Shown here piece by piece: positions 11,901 to 25,067 of a stretch of DNA of 64,000 nucleotides. The DNA is from Podarcis melisellensis (taxonomy: Eukaryota): NCBI GenBank assembly GCA_964234715.1, contig OZ174286.1; one strand, given 5' to 3'. The translations under genes and the position numbers were made by a program. A model generated the notes under the pieces. That model saw only the letters and a list, made by a program, of their open reading frames with translations. It was not told the origin of the DNA and searched no databases. The first letter of the stretch is position 1. Each line of letters opens with the position of its first letter.

Positions 11901-13717
11901 AGGCAACGCCTGGCGGCACACTAGTGTGCCGCGGAACACCGGTTGGGAAACACTGTACTAAATTAAAAAGTACCAAACACTGTAAAATATCACAATAGAA
12001 ACTGGGACTGGGGTGTCCCCTTCCTGGAAGCTCCCCCCCCCCTTTTCAGTTTTTGGATTAGGTTGGAATTCTTTCTTGCTAAAAATATCCCATGGTGTCA
12101 AAAGCTTTTCACAAGTGACTGCTATGAAAGGGGATGAATTTTTTTTTGGGGGGGGGGGTAGATTGTCATAGTCTACAATTGTTGCATGCATGTACACCCA
12201 GTCATTTGATTGATGGATTTGTAATCCAAACAAAATTGCAAGTGTGGCAGTTTACACTAAGTTAACAAAAAATACTAGTGAAAGCATGTATTGGGGTGGG
12301 GGGCTTTATTCAAAATCAAACACTGCTTTATTATGGATGGGAAAGGTATGTCAACATAGAACGGAAGGGCGGGGGGGGGGGGGTTCCAGTGTCTTCTTTT
12401 CAACTATAAAATCCAGAAGAACTACTATAATCCATAAAAACCCAAATCCACAAAGCAGTTTCAGTCCTTTGCTAAAAGGCTTGATATATACATTTAATCA
12501 TCTCTAATAATCTCTCTCACAGTGTGGAAATAAAGGAAGAAAAGCACAAGTAATACTTTGAAGAATAATGCTAGTTGTTTAGATGGCAGATTGCTTCTCC
12601 ATGGCTATTAGTTACAGCTGTGTAATTACATATATACTGCAGGGAAAAAATGAATTTGTTTTAAAACAAGTCGTCTTCTGTGAGCAGAATTAATTGATAT
12701 TAACAATCCTAACTATATGCCCAAGAACATACACAATATTTTACCAGCAGTTATTTTGGATCAGTCTCTTATTAGCCAAATTGTAATTTCAGAAGAAATT
12801 GGCCTGAAGGCTAGCAATAAATCTGTGTTGCATTCTTCCTTGGGCTTGAAAAGCGGGGGACCCTGTATTTACAGTTGGAGTAGTGGGAGGGGAGAGAAGA
12901 CTTCCAGGAACTGTGATTTATTTTTCCATTGAGGTTATTTGCATCTGTTATTATTTGGATTGTACTCGGTTGCGCAGTAAAATGCATTTGAATGGTCTGA
13001 ATTGAACTGGCTCAAAGGCTTTTCTTTCTTTTTTTTGAGGACACCCCCGTGCACTCATTGCTGAAAATTCAACACTCCCTGAGAATAATAGCATGCAGAA
13101 CTGGCTTGGAAAGAAGGCCTATGGATTGCTGTGCCTTTTCTTAACCTTACAACACGAGCCTAACTAATCATGTTTACTTCAGAAATAAGTCCTGTTGGGT
13201 TCAGTGGGACTTAATCCATAGTTGAGGGTTGCAGACTCTTCTTAGGTCTGCAGACCAAAGCGAATGTGTAATGTGGCTTTCATGTTACGCTTAACATTGT
13301 CCTCCAGCTTGGGTGTGACTTGTTAGGTTCTATTCATCTCTGAGACATTCAGACATTCTATCTAACAGTAAAGCTTTTGTTGGGATGTACCCTTTCAGAG
13401 TGAAGGTGGGAGATAACATTTTTTAATATTTCCCCATTGAAAAAACTCCTTTCTAGAAAGCAAATTAGCATCTCAAGGAGAAGTGTTCAGCCTTTTATCT
13501 CACATGCTGTTCTTCTATGTGCAGGGAAGTTTTATTTGGAACAGAGGATGTTCAGATTGCTTTTCCTTACAGTGGTGCATTCCAGGAAAAGTCTTTAACA
13601 TTTTATTCTGCTGAATGTATGCATTGGCCTAAAAGATCTTCTATCTTTGTTTGAAAGTTAATTATTTCCCCTCGTAAAAATAGCAATAAACACACATCAG
13701 AAGTAAAAGGGAAAGGA

Positions 13718-14213
13718 GGGTTGTACCTAATTCTCGTCCTACTCAGAGCAGACCAGTTGGAGTTAATGGGCCTGGCTAACTTAAGACTCATTCATTTCAG
13801 TGGTCTTCTCTGAGTAAGAGTAAAGGTAAAAGAACCTTGGACAGTTAAGTCCAGTCAAAGGCGACTAAGGGGTGTGACGCTCATCTCGCTTCAGACCGAG
13901 GGAGCCAGTGTTTGTCCACAGACAGCTTTCCGGGTCATGTGGCCGGCATGACTAAACGCAACGGAACACTGTGACAGAAGCCAGAGCACACAGAAATGCA
14001 ATTTACCTTCCTGCTGTGATGGTACCTTTTTATCTACTTACACTGGCATGCTTTAGAACTGCTAGATTGGCAGGAGTTGGGACAGAGCAACGGGAGCACA
14101 CACCGTTGTGGGGATTCCAACTGCCAGCCTTCTGATCAGCAAGCCCAAGAGGCTCAGTGGTTTAGACCACAGCACCACCCACATCCTGCTTCTCTGAGCA
14201 TTGGCTATAACCC
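13718..14213. mobile_element. Short palindromic MITE interrupted by a Sauria SINE
   Basis: Ends gggttgtacc.../...ggctataaccc with ctactcagag / ctctgag inverted arms split by the SINE. Confidence 0.6.
13817..14188 (-). mobile_element. Sauria SINE, older subfamily
   Basis: Same architecture as 6964-7314; TSD cttctctgagta / cttctctgagca. Confidence 0.88.
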
Positions 14214-14299
14214 CAGCAAGACTTTTTGCATCTTCTGTCAAGGTCGAAATACCATTTTCTGTCTACTTACTATTACTTCTGCAGTAAGTAGACAGCCTC

Positions 14300-14514
14300 T
14301 GATTCTGAACTGCCCTCTGCCACAGCCTCTTCCTGCTCACTAAACCCTGTCTCCTCTTCTGCTTCTGACACCACCTCCTCCCAGTCTGCTCTCTTCACCC
14401 TCTCACCACTCGTTGTCATTCCACCCCCCATTCCCTGGCTCTGAGTCTTCTTCCCTTGGGGGTTCCCTAGCTGGTGCCTCTCCCCATTCCTTGACATCCA
14501 GCCAGTCCATGACA
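14300..14514 (-). mobile_element. Partial LTR of the family seen at 41448-42043
   Basis: Reverse complement begins TGTCATGGACTGGCTGG and shares the gaagaag-ctcagagcc-ggg motif with the other copies. Confidence 0.65.
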
Positions 14515-15263
14515 TCAAACCACTCCTGGTTAGCATTTGAAACCCTTCTCTGATTCTTGTGCTGAGAAAGGGGAAATAAAAGTGGCAGGTGGGAGAAATT
14601 CTATGTAGAGAAAGGAGCTGGAGTTTTTTGGAGGGAGGCCTTGGCATTTTGTCTTGTGTTCAGTGATAGAGCAGGAGGTTAGGCAAACAAGGCTTGATTG
14701 GTAGTTGTGCTACGAAATTCTTTGTGTCGGCTACGTACCATTTTTTGGTCATTCTCCCAAGTTAATTGTTACTTAGCCAGCTTCTTTCTCTCTTTCTTCT
14801 TTGAATGGATGGTAAGCATTATTGTCAGTGAAACCGGGTGAAGAAATAAATAAAGCCTTAGCATTTCTGGGGATTCAGAAGAGGACAAGAGTGAAAGAAA
14901 AGAAAAATGGAACAAGGGGTTTTCTTAATAGATGTTCCCATTGAGAAAGATAAATGGTATCTTAGTTACTTTAATTACTTGAGGACAGAAATTATTTATC
15001 CCATTTAACTCTGGAGCAAAATTACATACACAAGAGAGTCAAGAAGCCCTTCAGAATAAAGGGTTAGCTTGGCAATGGAATTGCTGTCAGATGCTGTAGT
15101 GTACGTTAGGACAAGCAGCCACTGCTATAATTATGCTATCATATCCTATCATTAAAGATTCCGTTGAAAAAAGGTTTATAAATTACTCCTCTTTCAGATA
15201 AACCACCCCATATTAAGGCATCAACGATATGGTGCAGAATTAAATTAGAACCTCATAAAATGA

Positions 15264-15395
15264 NNNNNNNNNNNNNNNNNNNNNNNNNNNNNNNNNNNNN
15301 NNNNNNNNNNNNNNNNNNNNNNNNNNNNNNNNNNNNNNNNNNNNNNNNNNNNNNNNNNNNNNNNNNNNNNNNNNNNNNNNNNNNNNNNNNNNNNN
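15264..15395. other. Assembly gap (132 N)
   Basis: Run of N. Confidence 0.99.
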
Positions 15396-16978
15396 ATAAC
15401 CCCCTCCCCAACCTTATGAATATGTACTGAAATGTGTCACTTTGAGTTAATGAAACCTGTTTGTTAGGACTTGTTTAGATTTCTTAGTATTCCTATTGTA
15501 CATCTTCAATTTACAGCTTAGCATGAATAAACGTAAAACTTAAACTGTTTTTCAGTAGCAGCATTTAAAGAGCATTAGAATTTGTGCGTGTCTTGCCTTC
15601 TAAAAACAAGACACATTTCTGCTTTGGGATGAGTACTATTAAAACAGCTTGTTTTATTTAAAACATTTATATCCTGCCTTCCTGTGGGCTCATGGCAATC
15701 TGCAATAAGAAATAATTTCACAACATCTGTAGCAGCTCTAAAAACAACAGCTATAAAACAAAATAAATTTAAAGCACAATTATATTAGTAACACAAATAA
15801 ACTAACTTACTCGACATCAGTAATATGCACCAGCTGAACCTTTGCAGCCCCAACATCCTGCAAAATAAGTAAGTTTGGAATGATCTAGTTCTACCATGGG
15901 TGCAATGCCAATGTATAGAAGTTTCTTACAGGACTACAGAGCACTGTTAACCACTTCCTTCTGTGCAATGCAGTTCTGTGTTTGCAAACATGCAGAAGTC
16001 CCACTATGCTTATTGGAGCTTACTCTCAAGTAAGTGAGTGCAGAATTGCAACTTTTGTATGTGTGCAGTATGCACATGCAGGAAGCAAACAGATTGTTTT
16101 CTTAGTTATAGTTATGTTTTAATATTTATTTTATTAAATTTATATTCCACATTTCTTTGATCATGGAAGAAATAATGCAGAAACTATGGGTTAGATTTAA
16201 TTAGATTAAATGTAACGGGGTGGAAGAAAGCAAAAAGAAGATAGTGTATTTTTCAATTCTAATTTCATTGGCCTTAACAGTTAACTCCTTCAGCTATTTT
16301 ATTTCCCAGTTTAGCCCTGTGTAAATTACAGTCTTCTTCTGTTGTTATAAATAACAGCTACTTACCACTGGCTGATTGCATGTACATAAAATATTTGAAT
16401 GCCTTAAATACAAGTAATGCTCAGAGCTTAATATTTAAAATAGTTTTAGTTGCTTAGAAGTAAATCATGTCCATGTTACAGTTTGCATTTGGCATTAGAC
16501 AATTTTGATAAAATAGCTTTCAATAAAATGAATACATTTAAAACAAAACACCTGTAGCATCTCCAGGGAATTTCATTTGTTACAACCTTGCTGTCCACAA
16601 TGAAATGGCTGTAGGCAACCTCAAATACATGGCTACCTGTGAGCAGCAGGATTGAATATTGGGTTTGCAATGAATATGTAGACATTCCATGTAGACAGTC
16701 ATAAACCAGCCATGTGATTCGCACTACCTTGATCATATAATGCATCTTTAGAATGAACACTGTATTGAGCAGAATATAGAACAATGGGATATGGAGCACA
16801 ATGTTAGCAAGCAGTGAATTGGGACTGCTATCCCATCTGTCTAATAAACAAACCCTATTTGTGGGCTGGTTTCAGTTTGTTATTTATAAATATTTGTAAT
16901 TCCACCATGATTGTCTATTATATACATTTTTGTTTCTTTGGCAAAAGAAATTGGGGCTGTATAATAGAATTCATAGTA

Positions 16979-17202
16979 CACGCAAGTCCTGCTACCCAAA
17001 TGCTCATTTATGAAAATTCACTTATCCAAATACAAGGAATTTGTGCCCAAACCTTGCTTATATGCATCACAGATTCAGATATTCAAACAGACAGCGCTGT
17101 GTGTAGTACAGAAAACATGGTGGGACGGAAGAGGGAAAGATCCGACAAATAAAAGAGCATTTTTCCTTCCTTGTTTTTGTGCTCGCTCCGGCAGTCCATA
17201 TG

Positions 17203-17235
<33 letters not shown>

Positions 17236-17430
17236 GGCCCCTGCTTCTTTTGCAGGGTTTTGAAGGGTTTCCATCACTTGGGGGGGGGGGGATCAGCATT
17301 CTGTGCTTGGAAAAAACCATTAAAACTTTTCCCATAGGAATCAGTGGAAATTGTTGACTCATTATGCAAATGCTTGTCTAACAAACGATTTCCTGAGAAC
17401 GCCTTGTGTTCGGATAGCGAGACCTGCATG
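16979..17430. mobile_element. Degraded Tc1/mariner (Tigger-like) MITE hosting the U6 fragment
   Basis: Left end TA-cacgcaagtcctgctaccc versus reverse complement of the right end TA-catgcaggtctcgctatcc; TA flanks. Confidence 0.6.
17179..17244 (+). pseudogene. 3'-truncated U6 snRNA retrocopy (nt 1-66)
   Basis: gtgctcgctccggcagtccatatgctaaaattggaacgatacagagaagattagcatggcccctgc: 4 mismatches to U6 nt 1-66, includes the ACAGAGA box. No 3' half and no PSE/TATA recognised. Confidence 0.93.
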
Positions 17431-17809
17431 TACAGAAAAGTTCTTCCACTGTTAAATCCCAGAGGTCTAGGATAGGATCTATGTGCTTTTGGTATACTTT
17501 ATTAGCATACAGTACAACAGACTGTTATACTATATCCATTACAAGATGTATTTCTACATACTTAAAATAACAATCACTTTTATTTTGCATAACATTTGCT
17601 TCACAGGTCTCTCAGTTCAGTTGTGCTGTTCTGCATTGTCCATGCAGAGATTAACTTAGAAAGTGCGGTATCAAAAAGTGAATGCCTGTGATGGAAAGGC
17701 GTCTGCCAGCAGAATGGTGTAAGAGGAAATTCTCAGCAAACCCAGAGGGAGCAGATAGTTCATAGGGTCTAAGTGGACTGTAGATTTTGTTTCTAAGATA
17801 TATTGAGTC

Positions 17810-18016
17810 AGATTCCGACTAAACATCAGGAAGAACTTTCTGACAGTAAGAGCTGCCTTGGGAAGTGATGGATTCTCCTTCCTTGGAGGTTTCTAAGCAG
17901 AGATTGGATGGCCATCTGTTAGGGATGCTTTAGTTGTGAATCCTCCATTGCAGGGGGTTGGACTGGGTGACCCTGGGGGTCCCTCCCAACTCTACAGCAA
18001 CTCTATGATTCTGTGA
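17810..18016 (+). mobile_element. CR1 LINE 3' end
   Basis: aaacatcaggaagaactttctgacagtaagagc...gcagggggttggact...ggtccctcccaactcta...tctatgattctgtga tail. Confidence 0.85.
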
Positions 18017-19249
18017 AGGCAAAAGAGGCAAACAGGCCCTTCTTACCTTGGACGTTCCAATGCCATTGGTGTGATACATGGAATGAAATCCTGTTTCTGA
18101 TACTGATGCCTCCAGAAGAAGTACAGTAGTACTAAACAAAGAAAATACTAGCATGGAACCCTCGGTAAGAGAAAGAAAATGGTTCTTAGAAAGTGCATTA
18201 TGTCTTGAGTGTAGCTTAGAAGATGTTTTTGCTGGATCAGATGTACATCACTTTGCATCTTACTCTAGGACTGGAAAGTCAGCTGGAAAGAGTTTTTCCA
18301 GTAACTGGCCTCTTACAAGCCAGGAAAGAGGAAGCCTGGAGTCTAGACCAGAGCTGTGGTCTCCTGCTTTAGGTATGGAGTGATATTGCATCATTTATAA
18401 AACTCAATGGGAGTTTTGTATAGATTTAGTGACCTTTTTGGCACTGTATGTGGATCCTTCGATCTGGAATTCATCAATCTTCATTTGGAAATATATCTGC
18501 AAAACTGGTCAAAAATTAGTTTCTGTTCCTGAGACTCAATGAGGGGGTCTGTGAAAAACTTGCAAGTAACCCAGTATAGCATGGTGCGTGCTTCCCCTTG
18601 AGGTGGGATTTCAGCTTCCTCAGATAGAGCAAATAGGGGCAGCCTGATATGTAAGGCAAGGGATTCCCTTAAGGGCAGAATACATTGGACCTGAGGCCAA
18701 ATCAGCCTTCCTTCAAGTCAGGCCAGCAGGTACTAGACTGTTTCATTTTGTAGAGAAGGCAGTGACTTGCCTGAGGCCACCCTGTGAGTTCCATGCCTGA
18801 GTGGGGCTTTCAAGACAGCACTTCCCACTGCAGGTCCTCCGCTGTTTGCTTGCCTGAGTTGTCTGCATCAACTCTCTGAGATACATCTGACTTCAGCTGC
18901 ACAGCATGCCAGATGAAATCCAGGCACAGGCTTAGTTAGAGAAAAAAGGTCTGTGTGGGTGGAGCGTTAGGCCCCTTTTAGAATTTGAAATTTGCAGCTG
19001 AACCACTTCTTCATTCCCCCCCCCCCAAAAAAAAATGTAGCTTATTTTTTATAGAGTGCTTAATTTGGAAAAGCCCAGAGCAGTTCACAAATCAAAATGT
19101 CAAAGACGTAACAAATCAAAAGCCATAAAATCCTCTTCAACCTTAAATAGCCCACTGACTTTCACAGTTACACAAAAAATCCTAAATATAATATAATAGG
19201 CAGCTATTAATACCCCTCCCCAAAAATGAAATGCATACATACTGAAGTA

Positions 19250-19560
19250 TTTTATTTAAAATATTTCTTAACCGCCCTTCTTCAAAAGATTTGAGGGCCA
19301 TGTAGAAAGTACTGAAGAATGTATATCAAATTGTTCTCAGGGCAGAGAACAGTACCACCAATAAAACAGAGCAGATAAAGCAATGATTACCATAATCTTA
19401 AAAAACAAAATGGTGGACTAAGCTGATAAACTACAAAAATAACAATTCTTAAATCTCCGAGAAACAACCAGGTCTTAAACTGGCACTAAAGAGAAACCAC
19501 CGTTGGCGCCAGGCAGACATCAAAGGGAGTTAAACAATTGGTGCTACCACAGAGATGACC
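19250..19560 (-). mobile_element. Degraded L2-type LINE 3' fragment
   Basis: tttatt...aaccgcccttc tail plus ggcgccaggc / ggtgctaccacagag motifs typical of squamate L2 ends. Confidence 0.5.
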
Positions 19561-20898
19561 CCCATAATGTATAGCTCCCATAGGTGGGGTATGGAGCCTA
19601 GTTGCCCTTTCAGTGTAGTCCTCGTGATTATATAAAGTTTGAAATGTGGAGGGAGGATTAGTACACTTGTTGGATAAAATACCGTAATGTTGAACTGAGT
19701 GTGCTTCAATATTTATGTTGTATATAAAATTCAGGACATCATTGACCTATCTGTGGCAAAGAATGAACAAGTGGGATATTTTTTGCTTCTGGAGTTTCTT
19801 GGACAAAGTTCCTGTGCTTTTCTTTGTGCTGTAGTCAGCATTATTAGGCAGTGAGCAGATATTGACTGAGGTATTCAAATTCAGTGAACTGGAAGGAAGG
19901 GAGCTCTATAGAGGCTTCTGTCAAACCTGTTGCACTGGCCTGTGAGGCAGTGGAAGTGTGACAGCCTTTTTTTAAAAAAAGTATAATACTGTACTTCCAT
20001 TCTTGTTAAGTCTTGCTTCAAAGATGACTAAAATTTACACTCTTGGTTTTTATTGTTTTTAAAGAGAACTAAAATTTACAAGCTTAAGGTTGTTGTTGTT
20101 GTTTAATTGTTCAAGACGAATATCAAAATGTCCATGTTGCACAGCAATGGTCTGTGTGAGGATAAAGATAAATCATGCCTTTGTGAAAGTGACACTAATG
20201 TACATATATCGTCTGTGAAACGAAAGTAATGTCTTCCTCAACCATCCTTCAACATAGTGCTCATCCATTTTGATTAGTGCACGTCACCCTCTCACTAAGA
20301 AAAGACAAAACTCTCCCAAATTCAAACTAGAGGCGCCAGGATACTTCACTGGAGTCAGGCATGGAAATGAGCATCAGGAACTTGGTAATGCTCACCTCAG
20401 AGGAGAGGCCAGCATTGAAAATCCACAAATTCTTCCCCAACTAGATTAACTGGAGCTGGAGAAGACCTCCCTGCTGGGAAAACTGGAGCTGGAGGCCAAA
20501 CCCCACCTTCCTAGCAGGGTCAGTGAGCCCAGTGGCATGGTCTCTCCCCACCACTGTCTGAGCTTTGGTAGGGGTCGCTCTTCATATCAGCCCTCCAGCA
20601 AACCATGGCTCTGGGGGAACTGGGAGGAGAGGCAAACATTTCTTCTCACGGGGCTCCCTGTGGGCCATTGGCATTGGCTTTCTCCCCAATTGTTTCAGGG
20701 GCAGCTCCTCCCAAGCGCCTGCTAGCAAAACTGGTGATGCTTTGAAGCTGCTCCTTACTGGTCACCCTCTTGCCTTAGACTTTAGCCCCCACATCTATTT
20801 TTCTAGAGTCAATTGGCCTTTAGCACGGGGTGATCAAATGAGTAGGCTCATGACACTAACGTGGACTGACTGTACGATGCATAGCAGGACATCCTAAT

Positions 20899-21651
20899 CA
20901 GGGCTGGATTTCGATGAAGAGCGGCCCTAGACTGCTCCACTTGTGAGCCCCCCCAACCCCCCACCCTCACGACTAGAAGAAAATGGAAGAGTGTTATAAA
21001 CAAAACTGAGTGAAGCCAAGGATGATGACGGGTATTAAATTTTTTTGCAACTCACAATTTTCTCCTCTAAAGGACATAAAATGTTATTGTTAAATACCAT
21101 GGTGATTTAAAAAAATGCATGAATGTTAAAATTAACACTGAAAAACTTTTGCAGTAACTGAACTTTGTAAACCTTTTGTGGAATAAGCATTACTTTTTAG
21201 AAAAATGAAATTGTAATGTACTTTTTAAAAAACCTTGAGTTTACAAATTATATTGCCTGAGAGGCGTAAACAATATGACCATGATTACCTGACAGTGTGG
21301 CACTTTTAGAATCTACTTTATGTTCTCATTAAACAGTCAGATTTAAAATACATATTAAGAAGTAAACTACAACCATCAAATAAAGTAAGACTACAAATGT
21401 TTTTTTCTAGCCTTCCTCATAGCAAAAATGATCCAAAACTTCGTCAAAATTTGTTTGTCTAAGTTTGTCACTTTCAAAAGGCAATTGGAGCAATTGGGCC
21501 AAATTGGATCCTGCGGGCCACTCCAAGGGCCCCCCCCCCACACCATTGGGTTTGCAATTGGGGGAGAGGGGAGACTACTCACTGGGGAGGCCCCCTAAAT
21601 TTAGAAGCCCTAGGCTGCAGCCTACTTAGCCTATACAGAAACCCGGCCCTG
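20899..21651. mobile_element. Non-autonomous hAT element (Tip100-like ends)
   Basis: TIRs cagggctggattt / aaacccggccctg; 8-bp TSD atcctaat/atcccaat; AT-rich interior. Confidence 0.85.
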
Positions 21652-22960
21652 ATCCCAATGCTTAAACAGAAAGGTGATGGCTGGAGTCACCAGTAACTTT
21701 AAAACACATTTGACATACATTTTGTGTCTGCATAACAACGTTTAATAGGGATCCTGCAGATAGTAAACACAGTTGCTAATCTGTAGCATGGTATAGTGCA
21801 TGTTAGTTTTGAATTTCCAGGGCAGAAATGAAAAGCATGCAGGATAATTAACATTACCAGCCATTATTAAGGACAATTACGAACCTGTAAATGATATTTT
21901 TAAACCACAGCATTATTCACACTTTCAGAATCTTAGCAGTAAATGTATCAGTGATACATTTACTGTTTTGAGAAGTGAATTTGCCTTAAAAATTTACAGT
22001 CACCCTCTCTCATTTATTTTCCTTTAATTCACAAGCTCACGTTACAGCATGTAAAATCGTAATTAAAACAAAAGTCCCAGAGGGTTGTTGCTTAATATTG
22101 CGAACATGACTTATTTTAGGTGTTTGAAATGGAATGGATTTTTTTTCCTTTTAATGATTGAAAATATGTTAGAATCACAACGCAGACATTGAGAACATGG
22201 AGGGTAATCTGAGAGCCTTTGTAGGCAGCTAGCCAGGATAAAGAAGTCCTTCATAGCTGCCAAGAGTACATAGGGCAAGCCAGAGAGGTTGAAACCTGTT
22301 GAAATAATAACCACTCTGGCATTTTCAAAGGATAGCTACTGCTGCTTCTTAATTATCAATGATACAGAGGGAGGAGAGGATTTAGTAATGCACTTAAGGG
22401 GGCAATGCAGTGGAGATAATATCCAAATCTTTTAAAGAAACACAAAATACAAATGGATCAAAGCAGATCTACTTGTTGGGGAGCTGATATACTGCTGTTT
22501 GTGGGCTGATGCCAAAAGTCTTTGCTTTGACAATTGTTGGTTAACATTTCCTGCCAGTCAAAAGTATCACCTGAGGAACTGTTATTAAGCTGGCTTCAGT
22601 GTTTTATTATTTTCTTTTAGCTCAATCTGTCCATACCGTCTTATGTAAAGCCTCCTACACAAACACCAATAGGGGCAAAATCTGAAATTAAGTGTCATCA
22701 GAATTTTGCCTGAGAGAATTAGGATTGAGTCTAAAGTTTGTATAGCACAAGTATGCATACACTTTTTTACCTTTGTGATACGTGGTCAGGACCAGCTAGA
22801 CCCTTCACTCGTCTGCTGGTGTCATTTTTACATGATATATGAAGGACAGAAAAAAGGAAAACCAGAAGTAATTATCAAGACTTGACTTCAGCTTGCTTAT
22901 ATTATAACAATGGCTCACTGTTGGGTTATCTGTGCTCCATCTGGCTCTTGTGCACCCAAA

Positions 22961-22986
22961 CACACACACACACACACACACACACA
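22961..22986. repeat. (CA)n microsatellite
   Basis: Direct reading. Confidence 0.95.
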
Positions 22987-24935
22987 AGCTTTAAACAAAA
23001 ATACCTTGTGGAATTTTTGTGGCTCATTTTTGACCTAGGACATCATTTTTTTGGTGTCTTTGCTCACAGAGAGGTTTGCGTTTGGTGGGGGTTTTGTCAT
23101 AGGCACCCTCTGAAGTTTCAGTGTACTCAAGCACTGGAAAAGCCCTTATTGCAGAGGCTTTGTTTTCTTTGTTGGACTGTTTATTTTGTTTTCTTCCCAC
23201 GCGGTTCCCTAGCCTCACTCTGGCAACTGCTTTTCCGCATGAATTGCATTCCTCGGGGGCCGCAAGTCTCCTAATTCTTCCAGTCGATTTGGTTGCTGCC
23301 TGCCTGATTATGCCTCAACTCCAACTCTCTATTGGTCTGTGCCAAGGAAGCGAACGGCTTCCTTGCACATGAAGACCTAAGTACATTTTTAAACCTCATT
23401 AGTGCACAGGGCTCTACTTTACTCCATTTTAATAGCATGTGAATTTCTTGAACCACCATTTGCTTTAGGAATGGGTTGTAGACTGATTTTACTTATTTCC
23501 CTCCAACCTAGAGAGACTTTAGATCAGTTAACTTAAGACAGGGTCTCTGAAAACCCATGATTGTGAAGGGATTCACCAGGCTAGTAGCTCCACCAACTCT
23601 TACGCTCCCCCCCCCCGCCCAGCCACTTGAAAACAGCAGTTACAGCGGAAGGCTACTCCATATTTCTGCCCCCTCCAGGATCAAAGTGCCATGATGCCGT
23701 TCATCAGCAAGAATGTGTTCTGCATAGATGTGGATTGAGATAAATTAATGTTAGGAAGAATTGCAATGATACATTGAGAAAGTTCATTGAAGTTAAAGAA
23801 AAGGGAGTGAATAGCAACTTCACCCAATTACGGTACATGGTGCATTTAAGGACACGACTGAAATGGATGTTAAATTTGCTTTCTGAAACAGTGACCTTCA
23901 TCTGAGGATCACAGAGCAGTTTAGTCCCACGCTTTCAGAACTCCACCATTGACTTCATTTTTTGGTCATTCTAGAATGATAAATCTTGTTTATTGGCTTT
24001 TATACGTCTAGAAGATTCACAACATCATAATTAAACAGGTTTGAATTTCTGGGTCACCTGGGCAATTAGGTGTAAGGGTGCATGGACGCAGTGAAGCAAA
24101 TTGACATAATGTGAATATTGTTTTAAATATATTTTAGACATGGAGATAAATAGATTAAAAAGGCTTCTGTAGCAGTTCATTTAAACTGAAGTCCCCTGAT
24201 TGTTGATTCCTAGAATAAAGTAATTGAGAGGACTGTGCTTTGCATCTTAACATTCTGATGTCATGGGTGCATTTGTTCATTTTTTTTGGGGGGGGGGGAG
24301 TTAGGGGCACCAAACATGGTGGAATTGAAACCTGATGACAACTCACATATAAGGTCATAGACAATTTAAATGGAGAACATTGGGAAAAATTGGAAAGCTT
24401 TGAATAACTATTGTTCAGCCATGGATATAAAGTGCTTAGAAGCCACCTTGGCATTAAGCGATATAGAATAGAAGAGAATAGAAGCAAATAGATTTGCAAA
24501 CTGATGTGCCGTTTTGCCAGTTAGAATGAAAAATTTGCATGTGGGATGCTACAGTTATTCAGGTCTCTGTCATACTTCTTAGAAAGAGGTGTTTGCTTTT
24601 GATCATGAGCATGAAGCACAATTAAGTCAGTTGCAGATAACAATAACACACACACGATGCTTAGATGAGCCCATTGGAAAAAAACAAACATGTGTGTCTG
24701 CAGATTAGTACCCTAGACATCGGCAGGTGGGGAAGCGGGATATATACACCAGAAAGAAGAAGCGTGCAGATTCCCTAAGCAAACAAGGGGGAGAAGAGCA
24801 AGTAGTTTCATGCCACTTGCAAGGGTGTATTTGTGCAGAGGCAGAGCACAGCCACTCTTGAGGGTGAGACTTTATGATTAATGGTGTTTATTCTTGACAG
24901 AAGCCTCCTTTATTTATCTCCAATACAGTTTAGTG

Positions 24936-25067
24936 NNNNNNNNNNNNNNNNNNNNNNNNNNNNNNNNNNNNNNNNNNNNNNNNNNNNNNNNNNNNNNNNN
25001 NNNNNNNNNNNNNNNNNNNNNNNNNNNNNNNNNNNNNNNNNNNNNNNNNNNNNNNNNNNNNNNNNNN
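24936..25067. other. Assembly gap (132 N)
   Basis: Run of N. Confidence 0.99.

Larger units (their letters stand above)
10523..11955. mobile_element. Non-autonomous hAT element carrying captured host CpG-island DNA (Pack-hAT)
   Basis: Perfect 15-bp TIRs cagtgtttcccaacc (10523-10537) / ggttgggaaacactg (11941-11955). Perfect 8-bp TSD tactaaat (10515-10522, 11956-11963). GGCACAC subterminal repeats at both ends. No transposase ORF. Confidence 0.93.

Noticed and set aside
10699-11976. Cluster of overlapping 60-190 aa ORFs in the GC-rich island
   Set aside because: Low-complexity Arg/Ala/Pro/Gly products expected from stop-codon depletion. The only recognisable coding frame is the unlisted 11143-11048 CDAN1-like exon.
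17179-17244. Functional U6 snRNA gene
   Set aside because: The 3' ~40 nt are missing, there are four substitutions, and no Pol III upstream promoter was recognised.
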